Assembly: GCA_049942775.1 (NCBI GenBank) | Contig: CP188087.1 | Location: forward strand, 450,001-482,000 | Length of the DNA stretch: 32,000 nt | Direction of reading: 5' to 3' | Origin: Candidatus Saccharimonadota bacterium | GTDB taxonomy: Bacteria > Pseudomonadota > Gammaproteobacteria > Enterobacterales > Enterobacteriaceae | Shown here: positions 1 through 9,565 of the stretch, piece by piece | How the letters are laid out: each line of letters starts with the position of its first letter | Position numbering within the stretch: position 1 is the stretch's first letter | Translations under genes and position numbers: made by a program | Notes under the pieces: model-generated | What the model saw: the letters and a program-made list of their open reading frames with translations, nothing else | Database searches by the model: none | What the model was told of the DNA's origin: nothing

Positions 1-250
1 TACTAAGGGAATCTCAATTGATTTCTTTTCCTCAGGGTACTTAGATGTTTCAGTTCCCCTGGTTAGCTTTACTAACCTATGTATTCAGTATAGTAATGAT
101 ACCACTTTTAACGGTATCGGGTTTCCCCATTCGGACACCACCGGATAAATAACGCTTCATATCAGCTTACCGACGATTTTCGCAGATTAGCACGTCCTTC
201 TTCGCCTCTGACTGCCAAGGCATCCACCATATACGCTTAATTGCTTAACT
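1..250 (-). rRNA. rrl: 23S ribosomal RNA, 5' ~250 nt (gene continues past the window start)
   Basis: The reverse complement reads AGTTAAGCAATTAAGCGTATATGGTGGATGCCTTGGCAGTCAGAGGCGAAGAAGGACGTGCTAATCTGCG...GGGGAACTGAAACATCTAAGTACCCTGAGGAAAAGAAATCAATTGAGATTCCCTTAGTA. This is nearly identical to domain I at the 5' end of enterobacterial 23S rRNA. The segment is visibly more GC-rich than its flanks. The 5' end is placed by homology to GGTTAAGCG... and is accurate to a few nt. Confidence 0.95.
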
Positions 251-431
251 TTGCAACCCACAGATGTCTATACAAATATATTTTAATAAAGAAAAATTAA
301 AATATCTTGTTACCAAATTTTTAAAGAGCTGTCTAAAATTCAAAAAAATAAAAACTTTAAAGAAACATCATAACACAAAAAAAATAAATAGTATATATAT
401 TTATAGTTAAAAAAACTAAATTATATAATTT

Positions 432-503
432 TGTCCCCTAGGGGATTTGAACCCCTGTTGCCGCCGTGAAAGGGCGATGTCCTAACCACTAGACGAAGGG
501 GAC
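432..503 (-). tRNA. tRNA-Glu (anticodon UUC), no encoded CCA
   Basis: The reverse complement GTCCCCTTCGTCTAGTGGTTAGGACATCGCCCTTTCACGGCGGCAACAGGGGTTCAAATCCCCTAGGGGACA folds as a cloverleaf: acceptor GTCCCCT/AGGGGAC, anticodon loop CTTTCAC, T-loop TTCAAAT. It closely resembles E. coli tRNA-Glu. The 3' flank is A, not CCA. Confidence 0.95.
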
Positions 504-528
504 TATGTTCAAAACAAATTTTAGTTTC

Positions 529-556
529 ATTTTACAGAACGAAATTAAAGAGTCAA
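529..556 (-). promoter_or_regulatory. Candidate sigma70 promoter of the tRNA-Glu-23S operon (TTGACT-16 nt-TAAAAT) with an upstream A-tract
   Basis: The minus strand reads TTTAAAAAAAATGC TTGACT CTTTAATTTCGTTCTG TAAAAT GAAACTAAAATTTGTTTTGAACATA followed by the tRNA 5' end GTCCCC. The -35 lies at 551-556 (5/6 match) and the -10 at 529-534 (5/6 match), with a 16-nt spacer. An A8 run just upstream of the -35 resembles an UP element. The predicted start is about 18-20 nt before tRNA-Glu. The element sits in the 84-nt gap after the aroE stop codon. Confidence 0.55.
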
Positions 557-587
557 GCATTTTTTTTAAATTAACAAATACCTAATG

Positions 588-1427
588 TTATATATTTTTT
601 TTATATTCTTTTTTTAAAGTTGATATAACTGAATCTATTTCAGGTAAAATACCATGCCATAAAAAAAATGAATAGGCTGCTTGAGCTACTAACATTCCAA
701 TTCCATCATAACAATTATTTACAAATCTTTTTTTACAAAAAAATAAAAATGGAGTCAACCTTTCTAATTGATAACAAATGTCATAACAATTAATATTTTG
801 ATGAATTAAATCATTCAACAAAATCGAAAAATCTTTTATGCTTCCTAAAGGAGTAGCATTAATTACTAAATCAAAAATAATATTTTTTTTGTTTTTTCTA
901 TTTAATATTTCAATTAAACCATATTTTGAAAATTGAATTTTCAACTTTTCTGCTTTTTTTTTAGTTCTATTTAAAATATAAATAGAATTTCCTAAAGATA
1001 ATAAAGGTTCTAATATTCCTCTCACAACCCCACCAGCACCTAACAATAAAATGTTGCTTTTTTTTTTTAGAAATTTAATTCGTTTTAAATCATACAACAA
1101 TCCTATTCCATCAGTATTATCTCCTAAAATTTTCCCGTTTTTTAATTTTTTAAAAGTATTTACTGAACCAGATATTTTAGCATTTCTAGTAACAAAGTCT
1201 GAATAAATAAATGCATGTTCTTTAAATGGAGCAGTAACATTAGCTCCTTTTCCAAAATTTTCAAAAAAAGAATCTAAAATAGAAAAAAAATTTTTTTCAC
1301 AAACTAAGAACGAAATATAATTTTTATTAATATTATAATTTTTAGAAAAAATATCGTGAATAATTGGTGATTTAGAATGAGATATAGGATTTCCAAAAAC
1401 TGCAAAATCAACAATATTGTTATCCAT
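588..1427 (-). CDS. aroE: Shikimate 5-dehydrogenase
   Basis: 279-aa ORF. FAVFGNPISHSKSPIIH, GANVTAPFKE, LGDNTDGIGL, GAGGVVRG and MLVAQAA align with E. coli AroE along its full length. The ATG at 1425-1427 overlaps the tsaC 3' end by 8 nt. Confidence 0.92.
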   Translation of the reverse strand: MDNNIVDFAVFGNPISHSKSPIIHDIFSKNYNINKNYISFLVCEKNFFSILDSFFENFGKGANVTAPFKEHAFIYSDFVTRNAKISGSVNTFKKLKNGKILGDNTDGIGLLYDLKRIKFLKKKSNILLLGAGGVVRGILEPLLSLGNSIYILNRTKKKAEKLKIQFSKYGLIEILNRKNKKNIIFDLVINATPLGSIKDFSILLNDLIHQNINCYDICYQLERLTPFLFFCKKRFVNNCYDGIGMLVAQAAYSFFLWHGILPEIDSVISTLKKEYKKNI

Positions 1428-2001
1428 CTCTAATTATTTCTCCAGTAATAATATTTAAAATTTTAGACGGTCGACTATATGAACCTAATTTCCCATCTAA
1501 AAAAATTATTTTAGAACCAAATTGGTTATACAACTCTGATTTATTTCTACAAGGTGAAGAATTAGAAATATTAGCACTAGTAGAAATAATTGGTCTTCCA
1601 AAACCATTACATAATCTTTGAACTAAATAATGATTGCTAATTCTAAATGCAATAAAAGAAGAACCTCCAGTTATCCATTTAGGTACGTTTGATCTGGCTG
1701 GAAATAAAAACGTTGTATTTCCAGGCCAATGAAAAAATAATGTTTTTTTTTTTTTATAACATATTTCTTTTTCTAAAATATATGGTTCAATTTGATTATA
1801 TGTAGAAGCGACTAAAACAAAACCTTTATTTGAAGTTCTTTTTTTTATTTTTAATAATTTTAAAACAGAGAAATAACTATTGGGATCACAACCAAGAGCA
1901 AAAACAGATTCTGTAGGATATGTAATGACTTCTTTTTCAAATAATTTTTCAATACAAGAAATCAATGAAAAATATTTAAATACGTTGGATTTTTCTTTCA
2001 C
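1420..2001 (-). CDS. tsaC: Threonylcarbamoyl-AMP synthase (YrdC/Sua5 family)
   Basis: 193-aa ORF. VITYPTESVFALGCDP, FHWPGNTTF and ISTSANISNSSPCR parallel E. coli TsaC (VIAYPTEAVFGVGCDP, RWPGPVTF, VSTSANLSGLPPCR). The only usable start is GTG at 1999-2001, because an in-frame stop lies at 2005-2007. The position next to aroE matches E. coli. Confidence 0.88.
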   Translation of the reverse strand: MKEKSNVFKYFSLISCIEKLFEKEVITYPTESVFALGCDPNSYFSVLKLLKIKKRTSNKGFVLVASTYNQIEPYILEKEICYKKKKTLFFHWPGNTTFLFPARSNVPKWITGGSSFIAFRISNHYLVQRLCNGFGRPIISTSANISNSSPCRNKSELYNQFGSKIIFLDGKLGSYSRPSKILNIITGEIIRDG

Positions 2002-2236
2002 TAGTTAAAATCAACCTCAATTGCTAACCCAGTAATAATATTATTTTTAAATATTCAGATTTCATTTTAAATTTAATTCATAGATTTAATTTATCATTAA
2101 TAAATTTAGTACAAAAAAAAATTTTTTTAAATCAAAAATAATCCTAATAATAAAAACATATTGAACAAAAAGCATTTACTAAAAGTAGTTTAAAAATTAA
2201 AAAAATTTTAATTAATAGGAAAATTCAAACAGTTCT

Positions 2237-2265
2237 TTGTTAATTATATTAAAAATGTTTATAAT
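2237..2265 (+). promoter_or_regulatory. Candidate def-fmt promoter (TTGTTA-17 nt-TATAAT)
   Basis: -35-like TTGTTA at 2237-2242, a 17-nt spacer, and a perfect TATAAT at 2260-2265, about 50 nt upstream of the def ATG (2315). Such hexamers arise easily by chance in AT-rich DNA, so confidence is low. Confidence 0.3.
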
Positions 2266-2314
2266 AAATTATTAATATTTTAAATATATTTAAAAATATC
2301 TTTCAAATAAAATT

Positions 2315-2827
2315 ATGTCTATTTTGAATTTAATATATTATCCAGATAATCGTCTTAGAACTCTTTCCAAACCTGTAAAAAAAATAGATCAAGAAATCAA
2401 AAAATTAATTTCAGATATGTTTGAAACTATGTATTTTCACGAAGGAATTGGTCTTGCAGCTCCACAAGTAGGTATAAATCTTGAAATTATAACAATAAAT
2501 TTAAAAAAAAAGAAAGAAATAGTGTTGATAAACCCAAAAATAATAGATCGATCATTAGAATCTTCTTATCTAGAAGAAGGATGTTTATCTATTCCTAACC
2601 AACGAGCCAAAATAAAAAGGAATAACTTTATCAAAATAGAAGCATTAAATATTTTAGGAAAAAAAATAGAAATTTCTGCTAAATCACTGTTATCTATATG
2701 TATACAACATGAAATCGATCATTTAAACGGAAAACTATTTATAGACTATTTATCAAATTTTAAAAAAGAAAGAATAAAAAAAAAAATATTAAAAATAAAT
2801 AAACTAACGCACAAAAACAAAAAATAA
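2315..2827 (+). CDS. def: Peptide deformylase
   Basis: 170-aa ORF carrying the three canonical deformylase motifs: GIGLAAPQVG, EGCLSIP and QHEIDHLNG. Confidence 0.96.
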   Translation: MSILNLIYYPDNRLRTLSKPVKKIDQEIKKLISDMFETMYFHEGIGLAAPQVGINLEIITINLKKKKEIVLINPKIIDRSLESSYLEEGCLSIPNQRAKIKRNNFIKIEALNILGKKIEISAKSLLSICIQHEIDHLNGKLFIDYLSNFKKERIKKKILKINKLTHKNKK

Positions 2828-2828
2828 A

Positions 2829-3788
2829 ATGAACATAATCTTTGCAGGGACACCTGAATTTGCTGCACAACATTTAAAAAAATTATTACAAAAAAAATAT
2901 AAAATTGTAGCTGTTCTGACAAAACCAGATCAACCATCCAATAGAAAAAAAAAAAAAAACTCTTCCCCAGTAAAAATTTTAGCTAAGAAAATGTCTATAC
3001 CAATTTTACAACCAAAAAAATTTGAAAAAAAAGAACTAAAAAAAACCATAAAAATATTAAAAAATTTTAATCCTGATGTACTAATAATAGTTTCCTATGG
3101 AATAATTTTAAAAAAAAAGATGATTGAAATTTTTCCTTTAGGAGGTATTAATGTTCATGCATCATTGCTTCCAAGATGGAGAGGTGCTTCTCCAATTCAA
3201 CAATCAATAATTTCAGGAGACAAAAAAACCGGAATTAGCATTATTTCAATAAATGACAAAATGGATGAAGGAAATATTTTTTGTCAAGAAGAACAAAAAA
3301 TTAACAATAATGAAACTACTTTAAGTTTAACTAAAAAACTAGAAAACATTGGGTGTAAATTATTAATATCAACTTTAAAAAAAATAAAAAAAAAAGAACA
3401 TGTTTTAACTAAGCAAAATCATTTATTTGCTACTTATTGCAAAAAAATAAAAAAAATAGATGGGAAAATAAATTGGTTACTTACAGCTCAAGAAATCAAT
3501 AGAAAAATAAGAGCTTATATTCCCTGGCCAACTAGTTATTTTTTAATAAATCAAATTCGTATTAAAGTCTTTCAAACTTCTGTAATAATTGAAAAAAAAA
3601 CACAAAATCAAGAACATAAGAATATCGGATCAATTATTTCAATAAAAAAAAATGGTATACAAATTCAAACATCTAAAAATATACTAAAAATAGAAAAAAT
3701 ACAACTACCTGGAAAAAAGATTATATCTATATCTGACTTAATTAATTCAAACAATAATTTATTCTATCTAGGTTTAATATTAAAATGA
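2829..3788 (+). CDS. fmt: Methionyl-tRNA formyltransferase
   Basis: 319-aa ORF starting 1 nt after the def stop (TAA A ATG). NIIFAGTPEFA and HASLLPRWRGASPIQ are Fmt signatures. Contains an in-frame A15 run at 2945-2959. Confidence 0.95.
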   Translation: MNIIFAGTPEFAAQHLKKLLQKKYKIVAVLTKPDQPSNRKKKKNSSPVKILAKKMSIPILQPKKFEKKELKKTIKILKNFNPDVLIIVSYGIILKKKMIEIFPLGGINVHASLLPRWRGASPIQQSIISGDKKTGISIISINDKMDEGNIFCQEEQKINNNETTLSLTKKLENIGCKLLISTLKKIKKKEHVLTKQNHLFATYCKKIKKIDGKINWLLTAQEINRKIRAYIPWPTSYFLINQIRIKVFQTSVIIEKKTQNQEHKNIGSIISIKKNGIQIQTSKNILKIEKIQLPGKKIISISDLINSNNNLFYLGLILK

Positions 3789-3844
3789 TTTTTTTTAAAA
3801 AAAATTAATATAATACAAAAAAAAGAAAATTTTTGAAATTGATC

Positions 3845-3896
3845 ATTTCTTTTTGTAACTTTTTAAAAATTTAATTAATTAGTTACAAAAAGAAAT
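3845..3896. terminator. Perfect 15-bp inverted repeat (hairpin) between convergent fmt and rplQ; candidate bidirectional terminator or 3' stabiliser
   Basis: ATTTCTTTTTGTAAC (3845-3859), a 22-nt loop, then GTTACAAAAAGAAAT (3882-3896), which is the exact reverse complement. It lies 57 nt after the fmt stop and 69 nt after the rplQ stop. Neither strand has an immediately adjacent U-tract, so this is not a textbook intrinsic terminator. Confidence 0.4.
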
Positions 3897-3964
3897 CAAA
3901 TAAGAGAACGATATTTAAAAAATAACTATTTATTAAAAAAAAACCACTAAAACCTAGTAAAATA

Positions 3965-4342
3965 TTATTTTTTAACAACTACTCGATTCCGATCTACTAG
4001 CTCTATGTATGCCATTGGAGCTCTGTCACCTGATCTAAAACCACATTTTAGTATTCTAGTATATCCTCCTGAACGAGATAAATATTTTGGTCCAATTTCA
4101 TTAAACAGCTTATTTACTATTTCATTATTTCTAATCCTAGAAAAAACTATCCTACGATGATGTATCGTATCAACTTTAGAAATAGTAATTAAAGGCTCTA
4201 TCCAAGAACGTAATTCTTTCGATTTAAGTAAAGTAGTTTTAATAATTTCATGAATTAATAAAGAACATACCATGTTTCTAAACATTGATTTCAAATGACT
4301 GCGATTTCTATTTAAACGACGTCCACTCTTTTTATGTCGCAT
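3965..4342 (-). CDS. rplQ: 50S ribosomal protein L17
   Basis: 125 aa. [24 protein letters not shown]...[27 protein letters not shown] aligns with E. coli L17. Confidence 0.96.
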   Translation of the reverse strand: MRHKKSGRRLNRNRSHLKSMFRNMVCSLLIHEIIKTTLLKSKELRSWIEPLITISKVDTIHHRRIVFSRIRNNEIVNKLFNEIGPKYLSRSGGYTRILKCGFRSGDRAPMAYIELVDRNRVVVKK

Positions 4343-4390
4343 AAAATACCTTTTTTCTGTTAATATCTAAAAATTTTATTATAATAAAAA

Positions 4391-5383
4391 TTATTCTTCT
4401 AAAATTTGTGCAGGAGGCCAATTTTCTAAACGAGTGCCTAATGATAAATTTCTTGCTGCTAAAACATCTTTTATCTCTGTTAAAGATTTTTTTCCTAAAT
4501 TAGGAGTTTTTAATAATTCTACTTCTGTTTTTTGAACTAAATCTCCTATATAATGTATAGATTCTGTTTTTAAACAATTTGCAGATCTAACAGTTAATTC
4601 TAAATCATCTACTAATCGTAATAAAATAGGATCAAATTCAGGTTTATTTTCTTTTTGTACTGGTTCTTCTAGATCTTTTAAGTCAACAAACGCAACTAAT
4701 TGTTCCGATAATATCGTTGCAGCTCTTCGAATAGCTTCATCAGGTTCTATTGAACCATTAGTTCTCATTTCTATAATTAATTTATCTAAATCTGTTCGCT
4801 GAGCAACTCTAGCTGATTCAACTGTATAAGAGATTTTTTCTATGGGACTAAAACATGCATCTAACATTAGTTTTCCAATTGTCTTTCCGTTTTCCTCTAT
4901 TTTTGATCTAGACATAGCAGGTACATAACCTCTTCCGCTCTGTATTCTTATTCTCATTTTAATAGAAGAACTCGGATCAGTTAAATGACATATAATGTGT
5001 TCTGGATTAATTATAGAAACATTAAAATCATGTTTTATATCAGAAGCTTTTACAACACCCATTCCTGATTTATCAATTATAACTACTGTTTCTTCCTTTC
5101 CTTCTAAACGAACAACTAATTTTTTTAAATTTAATAATATTTCAATTATGTCTTCTCGTATTCCTTCTTTATTACTATATTCATGAAGAACTCCTTCTAT
5201 TTCTACTTCAGTAACAGCAAAACCCGGCATAGATGATAAAAGAATACGACGTAAAGCATTTCCTAAAGTATGTCCAAAACCTCTTTCTAATGGTTCTAAA
5301 GTAACCTTAGCATGCCACAAATCTAGTTGTTCTATCTCTACTAATTTTGGTTTTAAAAAATCATTTGCAATAGAAACATTCAT
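4391..5383 (-). CDS. rpoA: DNA-directed RNA polymerase subunit alpha
   Basis: 330 aa. [26 protein letters not shown]...[11 protein letters not shown]...IGDLVQ...[19 protein letters not shown] aligns end-to-end with RpoA. Confidence 0.97.
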   Translation of the reverse strand: MNVSIANDFLKPKLVEIEQLDLWHAKVTLEPLERGFGHTLGNALRRILLSSMPGFAVTEVEIEGVLHEYSNKEGIREDIIEILLNLKKLVVRLEGKEETVVIIDKSGMGVVKASDIKHDFNVSIINPEHIICHLTDPSSSIKMRIRIQSGRGYVPAMSRSKIEENGKTIGKLMLDACFSPIEKISYTVESARVAQRTDLDKLIIEMRTNGSIEPDEAIRRAATILSEQLVAFVDLKDLEEPVQKENKPEFDPILLRLVDDLELTVRSANCLKTESIHYIGDLVQKTEVELLKTPNLGKKSLTEIKDVLAARNLSLGTRLENWPPAQILEE

Positions 5384-5418
5384 GAATATTTCTTCTCCTA
5401 AATATCAAAAAAATAATA

Positions 5419-6039
5419 CTATTTTGAATAAAATTCAATAATTAAATGCTCATTAATTTCTGAAGAAATGTCAGAACGATCAGGAATTCTAATTAGACTT
5501 CCTATCATATTCTTTGCATTTATATCTAACCATGCAGGTTTTTCTCTTCCTTCAGATAATTCTAAAGCTGCTTTTATACGAAGTTGACCTTTAGAATTTG
5601 AATTAATTTCTACTAAATCATTTTTAGACAACTGATACGAAGGTATATTAACTACTTTTTTATTCACCAATATAGACTTATGAGAAATTAACTGACGAGA
5701 TTCTGAACGAGTAGAACCAAATCCAATTCTATACACAACATTATCTAATCTAGTTTCTAAAAATTGCAATAGTCGTTCTCCAGTATTTCCTTTTGAACTT
5801 AAAGCATTTTTATAATAATTTCTAAATTGTCTTTCCAAAATTCCATATAAACGACGAACTTTTTGTTTTTCTCTTAACTGAATTGCATAATCAGACAATC
5901 TAGGTTTACGTATCCCATGTTGTCCTGGAAGATGATCAATGTTACACTTAGACTCAATCGATCGAAAACCAGATTTTAAAAATAAATCTGATCCTTCTCT
6001 TCTACTTAATTTTAATTTAGGACCTAAATATCTAGCCAT
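5419..6039 (-). CDS. rpsD: 30S ribosomal protein S4
   Basis: The track ORF extends to 6072. By homology the start is [16 protein letters not shown], with ATG at 6037-6039. The rest aligns with E. coli S4. Confidence 0.95.
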   Translation of the reverse strand: MARYLGPKLKLSRREGSDLFLKSGFRSIESKCNIDHLPGQHGIRKPRLSDYAIQLREKQKVRRLYGILERQFRNYYKNALSSKGNTGERLLQFLETRLDNVVYRIGFGSTRSESRQLISHKSILVNKKVVNIPSYQLSKNDLVEINSNSKGQLRIKAALELSEGREKPAWLDINAKNMIGSLIRIPDRSDISSEINEHLIIEFYSK

Positions 6040-6086
6040 AATTTTGTTTCCTACTTTATTTAATAACAACATCTATCTATTATATT

Positions 6087-6479
6087 TTATACTCTTCGTT
6101 TTTTTGGAGCTCTACATCCATTATGTGGAATTGGAGTAACATCTGTAATATTAGTAATACGAAAACCAGCTGCATTTAACGCTCTAATCGTTGATTCTCT
6201 TCCAGGTCCAGGTCCTTTTACCATAACTTCTAAATTTTTAACCCCGTAACTTTTTACTACTTCAGCACATTTTTCAGCAGCTACCTGAGCAGCAAAGGGA
6301 GTTGATTTTCTAGAACCTCTAAATCCTGAACCTCCAGACGTCGCCCAACCTAAAGTATTCCCCTGACGATCTGTTATATTTACAATAGTATTATTGAAAG
6401 AAGCATGAATGTGTGCTATTCCATCTAAAACTTGTTTTTTTGTTTTTTTTCTTGAACGAACCAATGATTTTTTATTCAT
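6087..6479 (-). CDS. rpsK: 30S ribosomal protein S11
   Basis: [23 protein letters not shown]...[13 protein letters not shown] aligns with S11. The start is set at ATG 6477-6479 (MNKKSL...), preceded by GAGG in TTGAGGTATTTTTTA. The track ORF start at 6494 would abut the rpsM stop codon (6495-6497). Confidence 0.93.
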   Translation of the reverse strand: MNKKSLVRSRKKTKKQVLDGIAHIHASFNNTIVNITDRQGNTLGWATSGGSGFRGSRKSTPFAAQVAAEKCAEVVKSYGVKNLEVMVKGPGPGRESTIRALNAAGFRITNITDVTPIPHNGCRAPKKRRV

Positions 6480-6494
6480 TAAAAAATACCTCAA

Positions 6495-6848
6495 TTATTT
6501 TTTTATTGCTTTTCTAGGTCCTTTACGAGTTCTTGCATTAGTTTTAGTTCTTTGTCCTCGAACAGGTAAACTTTTTCTATGCCTAATTCCTCTATAACAT
6601 CCTAAATCTATCAATCTTTTTATACTCAAAGTTACATCCCTTCTTAAATCTCCTTCTAGAACAAATTTAGAAACACTGTCCCGTAGTAGTTCAATGTCTT
6701 TTTCATTTAATTTTGAAATTTTTTTAGTTTCAGGTATTCCTGTCATCAAACAAATTTTTTTAGAACGAGATTTCCCAATTCCATAAATATGAGTTAACGC
6801 AACAACAGTATGTTTGTCTGGAATGTTTATTCCTGCAATACGAGCCAT
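6495..6848 (-). CDS. rpsM: 30S ribosomal protein S13
   Basis: 117 aa. [25 protein letters not shown]...[31 protein letters not shown] aligns with S13. Confidence 0.96.
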   Translation of the reverse strand: MARIAGINIPDKHTVVALTHIYGIGKSRSKKICLMTGIPETKKISKLNEKDIELLRDSVSKFVLEGDLRRDVTLSIKRLIDLGCYRGIRHRKSLPVRGQRTKTNARTRKGPRKAIKK

Positions 6849-6916
6849 TTGTTTTCCTTAAATATACAAAATTATTTTCTTAGTAAAATGTATTCTTTAA
6901 AACATCAATTTTAAAA

Positions 6917-7033
6917 TTATCCTTGACGTTGTTTATGTTTAAAATCACTTTTGCAAATTATTCTAATAACATTTCTACGTCTTACAACTTTACAACTACG
7001 ACACATTTTTTTTACCGAAGCTCTTACTTTCAT
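6917..7033 (-). CDS. rpmJ: 50S ribosomal protein L36
   Basis: Not in the ORF track (38 aa). Manual reverse-complement translation gives [38 protein letters not shown], compared with E. coli [38 protein letters not shown]. It occupies the canonical slot between secY and rpsM. Confidence 0.95.
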   Translation of the reverse strand: MKVRASVKKMCRSCKVVRRRNVIRIICKSDFKHKQRQG

Positions 7034-7069
7034 ATATATCTCTTATGATTAATTTTTGTTTTTTTTAAA

Positions 7070-8398
7070 TTAATTTTTAAAATTTAAATTTGATTTTTTT
7101 AGTACTGAATTGTATTGACTAGACATCATAATTGTTTGTACTTGGGAAATAAAATCTATAATAACAATTACAACTATTAGTAAAGATGTACCTCCAAAAT
7201 TAAATGGAACATTTACATAATTACGAAGTATTTCAGGAATTAAACAAATAAGACTAATGTAAACAGAACCAATAACAGTTAATTTAACAATAATTTTTCT
7301 AATAAATTTTTCAGTTTGTTGGCCAGGTCTAATTCCAGGTATAAAAGCACCAGATTTTTTTAAATTTTCTGCTGTATCTCTAGAATTAAACATTAGTTCA
7401 GTGTAAAAGAAACAAAAAAATATAATTGTAAAAGCATATATTAGTAGATAGCATAAATTGCTAAGATGAATATAAAAAACAAAAGAAAATAACCAATTTA
7501 ATTTTTCAACTCCCCCAAACCAAGAAGCTATAGTTGCAGGAAATAACATGATACTAGATGAAAAAATTGCTGGCATAACTCCAGACATATTCACTTTTAA
7601 TGGTAAATGACTTGTATGAGCAGAATACATTCTTCTACCTTGTTGTCTTCTAGCATACTGAACTAATATTCTTCGTTGACTTTTTTCCATAAAAACTACT
7701 AAAAAAGTAATAAAAAAAACAAAACATAAAATACAAAAAAGTAAAAAAAAACTCAAATCGCCTGTTCTAAACTTTTCTAAAGTTGTTCCTATTGCAGAAG
7801 GAAAACCTACTAAAATTCCAGAAAAAATAATAATAGAAACACCATTTCCAATCCCTCGTTGCGTTATTAACTCTCCCAGCCACATTAAAAACATCGTTCC
7901 TGATACTAAGCTAAAAATAGAAAAAAAATAAAAACTAGAACTAGAAACAACTACTAATCTATTAATGTTAGATATTCTGGAAAAACTTGAAACTATTCCA
8001 ATAGATTGTAAAACAGCTAATACTAAAGTAGTATATCTAATAAATTGGTTAATTTTTCTTTTTCCAATATCCCCTTCTTTTTTTAAATCCTTTAATTTAG
8101 GATATATTAAAGATAATAATTGAACTATAATAGAGGCTGAAATATAAGGCATAATTCCCAAAGAAAAAATTGAAGCACGGCTTAATGCACCTCCAGAAAA
8201 CATATTTAACATCTCTATAATTGTTCCCTGATGATGGTAAATTAAACGAGATAATTCAATTGTATTTATACCTGGTATAGGAATAAATGAACCTAATCTA
8301 AAAATAAATAACGACAAAATTAAAAATAGAAATCTTTTTTGTAATTCTACTAAACCAAAATTTATATAACTAGTTTTTTTTTTCCATAATGTATTCAT
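7070..8398 (-). CDS. secY: Protein translocase subunit SecY
   Basis: 442 aa and multi-pass hydrophobic. [30 protein letters not shown] parallels E. coli [29 protein letters not shown]. The ATG overlaps the rplO stop (ATGA). Confidence 0.96.
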   Translation of the reverse strand: MNTLWKKKTSYINFGLVELQKRFLFLILSLFIFRLGSFIPIPGINTIELSRLIYHHQGTIIEMLNMFSGGALSRASIFSLGIMPYISASIIVQLLSLIYPKLKDLKKEGDIGKRKINQFIRYTTLVLAVLQSIGIVSSFSRISNINRLVVVSSSSFYFFSIFSLVSGTMFLMWLGELITQRGIGNGVSIIIFSGILVGFPSAIGTTLEKFRTGDLSFFLLFCILCFVFFITFLVVFMEKSQRRILVQYARRQQGRRMYSAHTSHLPLKVNMSGVMPAIFSSSIMLFPATIASWFGGVEKLNWLFSFVFYIHLSNLCYLLIYAFTIIFFCFFYTELMFNSRDTAENLKKSGAFIPGIRPGQQTEKFIRKIIVKLTVIGSVYISLICLIPEILRNYVNVPFNFGGTSLLIVVIVIIDFISQVQTIMMSSQYNSVLKKSNLNFKN

Positions 8399-8853
8399 TG
8401 TTTGTCACTCAATGTATCTTTAATAATTTTCCCACCAATAGACTCAATAAATTTTTTAACTCCCCTGGTTACACCAATATTTCTTAAAATTATAGGATTT
8501 TTAATCCTTCCAGAAAGAATAATCTTTACACGTTTAATATGATTCTTAATAATATTTAACTTCTTTAATTTTAATAAATCTATTTCTTTGCAAGTTATTT
8601 CTTTCAGTTGAGATAAACAAACTTCAGCAAATGATTTTTTTTTACGAGAAATAAATCCAAATTTTGGAATTCTTCGATATAATGGTGTTTGACCTCCTTC
8701 AAATCCTCTTCTTATATTTCCACCTGATCTAGATTTTTGACCTTTATGACCTCTTCCAGCTGTTTTTCCAAAACCAGAACCAATTCCTCTACCCAATCTT
8801 TTTTTTTTTTTATTTTTTCTTAATTTAGAAGATAAACTGTTTAAATACATCAT
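8395..8853 (-). CDS. rplO: 50S ribosomal protein L15
   Basis: [48 protein letters not shown] aligns with L15. Two adjacent ATGs are present (8851-8853 and 8848-8850), and the second aligns best with E. coli MRLNTLSP. Contains an in-frame T13 run at 8799-8811. Confidence 0.94.
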   Translation of the reverse strand: MMYLNSLSSKLRKNKKKKRLGRGIGSGFGKTAGRGHKGQKSRSGGNIRRGFEGGQTPLYRRIPKFGFISRKKKSFAEVCLSQLKEITCKEIDLLKLKKLNIIKNHIKRVKIILSGRIKNPIILRNIGVTRGVKKFIESIGGKIIKDTLSDKQ

Positions 8854-8854
8854 T

Positions 8855-9040
8855 TTATTCTTCTTCCTTAACTTTAATTAAATAATTAATCATTTTTATC
8901 ATCCCTTTAATAGAGGGAGTATTAAAACAATAAACAGTATGACCAATTCTCTTTAATCCTAATCCTAATAAAGTAGATTTATGTTTAGGTAATCTACCTA
9001 TGGAGCTTTTTATTTGTGTAATTTTTAATTTTTTAGACAT
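8855..9040 (-). CDS. rpmD: 50S ribosomal protein L30
   Basis: 61 aa. [31 protein letters not shown] aligns with L30. Confidence 0.94.
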   Translation of the reverse strand: MSKKLKITQIKSSIGRLPKHKSTLLGLGLKRIGHTVYCFNTPSIKGMIKMINYLIKVKEEE

Positions 9041-9045
9041 ATAAT

Positions 9046-9555
9046 TTAAATAGACCCTATAATTTCACTAACAGATTTATTCCTCTTAGCAGCAACAATT
9101 TCAGGAGAACTCATACTTTCTAAACCTTTTATAGTTGCTCTAACTACATTTATTGGATTTGTAGAACCATAAGTTTTTGCAAGAACATTATGAACTCCTG
9201 CTACTTCTAATACAGCTCTCATTGCTCCTCCTGCAATAATTCCTGTACCTTCATAAGCTGGTTTCATAAATATTATTGATCCTGTATGATATCCTTTAAC
9301 AGAGTGATATAAAGTTTTATTTTTTAAATAAATTCTTATCATATTTCTCTTGGCTTTTTCCATCGCTTTTTGAATAGCAGAGGGAACTTCTCTTGCTTTT
9401 CCGTAACCAAATCCAACTCTACCTTCTCCATTTCCTACTACAGTAAGAGCAGTAAAAGAAAAAATTCTACCTCCTTTTACTGTTTTAGAAACTCGATTGA
9501 CAGAAATTAGTTTTTCTTTTAGTTCACCTAAAATAGATTTTTCTGAATTTAACAT
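9046..9555 (-). CDS. rpsE: 30S ribosomal protein S5
   Basis: 169 aa. [50 protein letters not shown]...[23 protein letters not shown] aligns with S5. Confidence 0.96.
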   Translation of the reverse strand: MLNSEKSILGELKEKLISVNRVSKTVKGGRIFSFTALTVVGNGEGRVGFGYGKAREVPSAIQKAMEKAKRNMIRIYLKNKTLYHSVKGYHTGSIIFMKPAYEGTGIIAGGAMRAVLEVAGVHNVLAKTYGSTNPINVVRATIKGLESMSSPEIVAAKRNKSVSEIIGSI

Positions 9556-9565
9556 TCTTTTTATC

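Noticed and set aside
2002-2314. Residual smg/dprA pseudogene in the tsaC-def spacer.
   Set aside because: I could not recognise any stretch of Smg- or DprA-like residues by eye on either strand. Without a search, the claim is unsupported.
2746-2937. Track ORFs antisense to known genes. This one spans the def/fmt junction. Others are 4995-5186, 5939-6139, 6409-6597, 9497-9703, 9849-10043, 12366-12557, 13329-13616, 14365-14652, 15914-16174 and 23363-23617.
   Set aside because: Each lies wholly inside, and antisense to, a strongly supported conserved gene. Their low-complexity F/L/I/K/S-rich translations have no recognisable motifs. In AT-rich DNA, frames antisense to real genes often stay open by chance.
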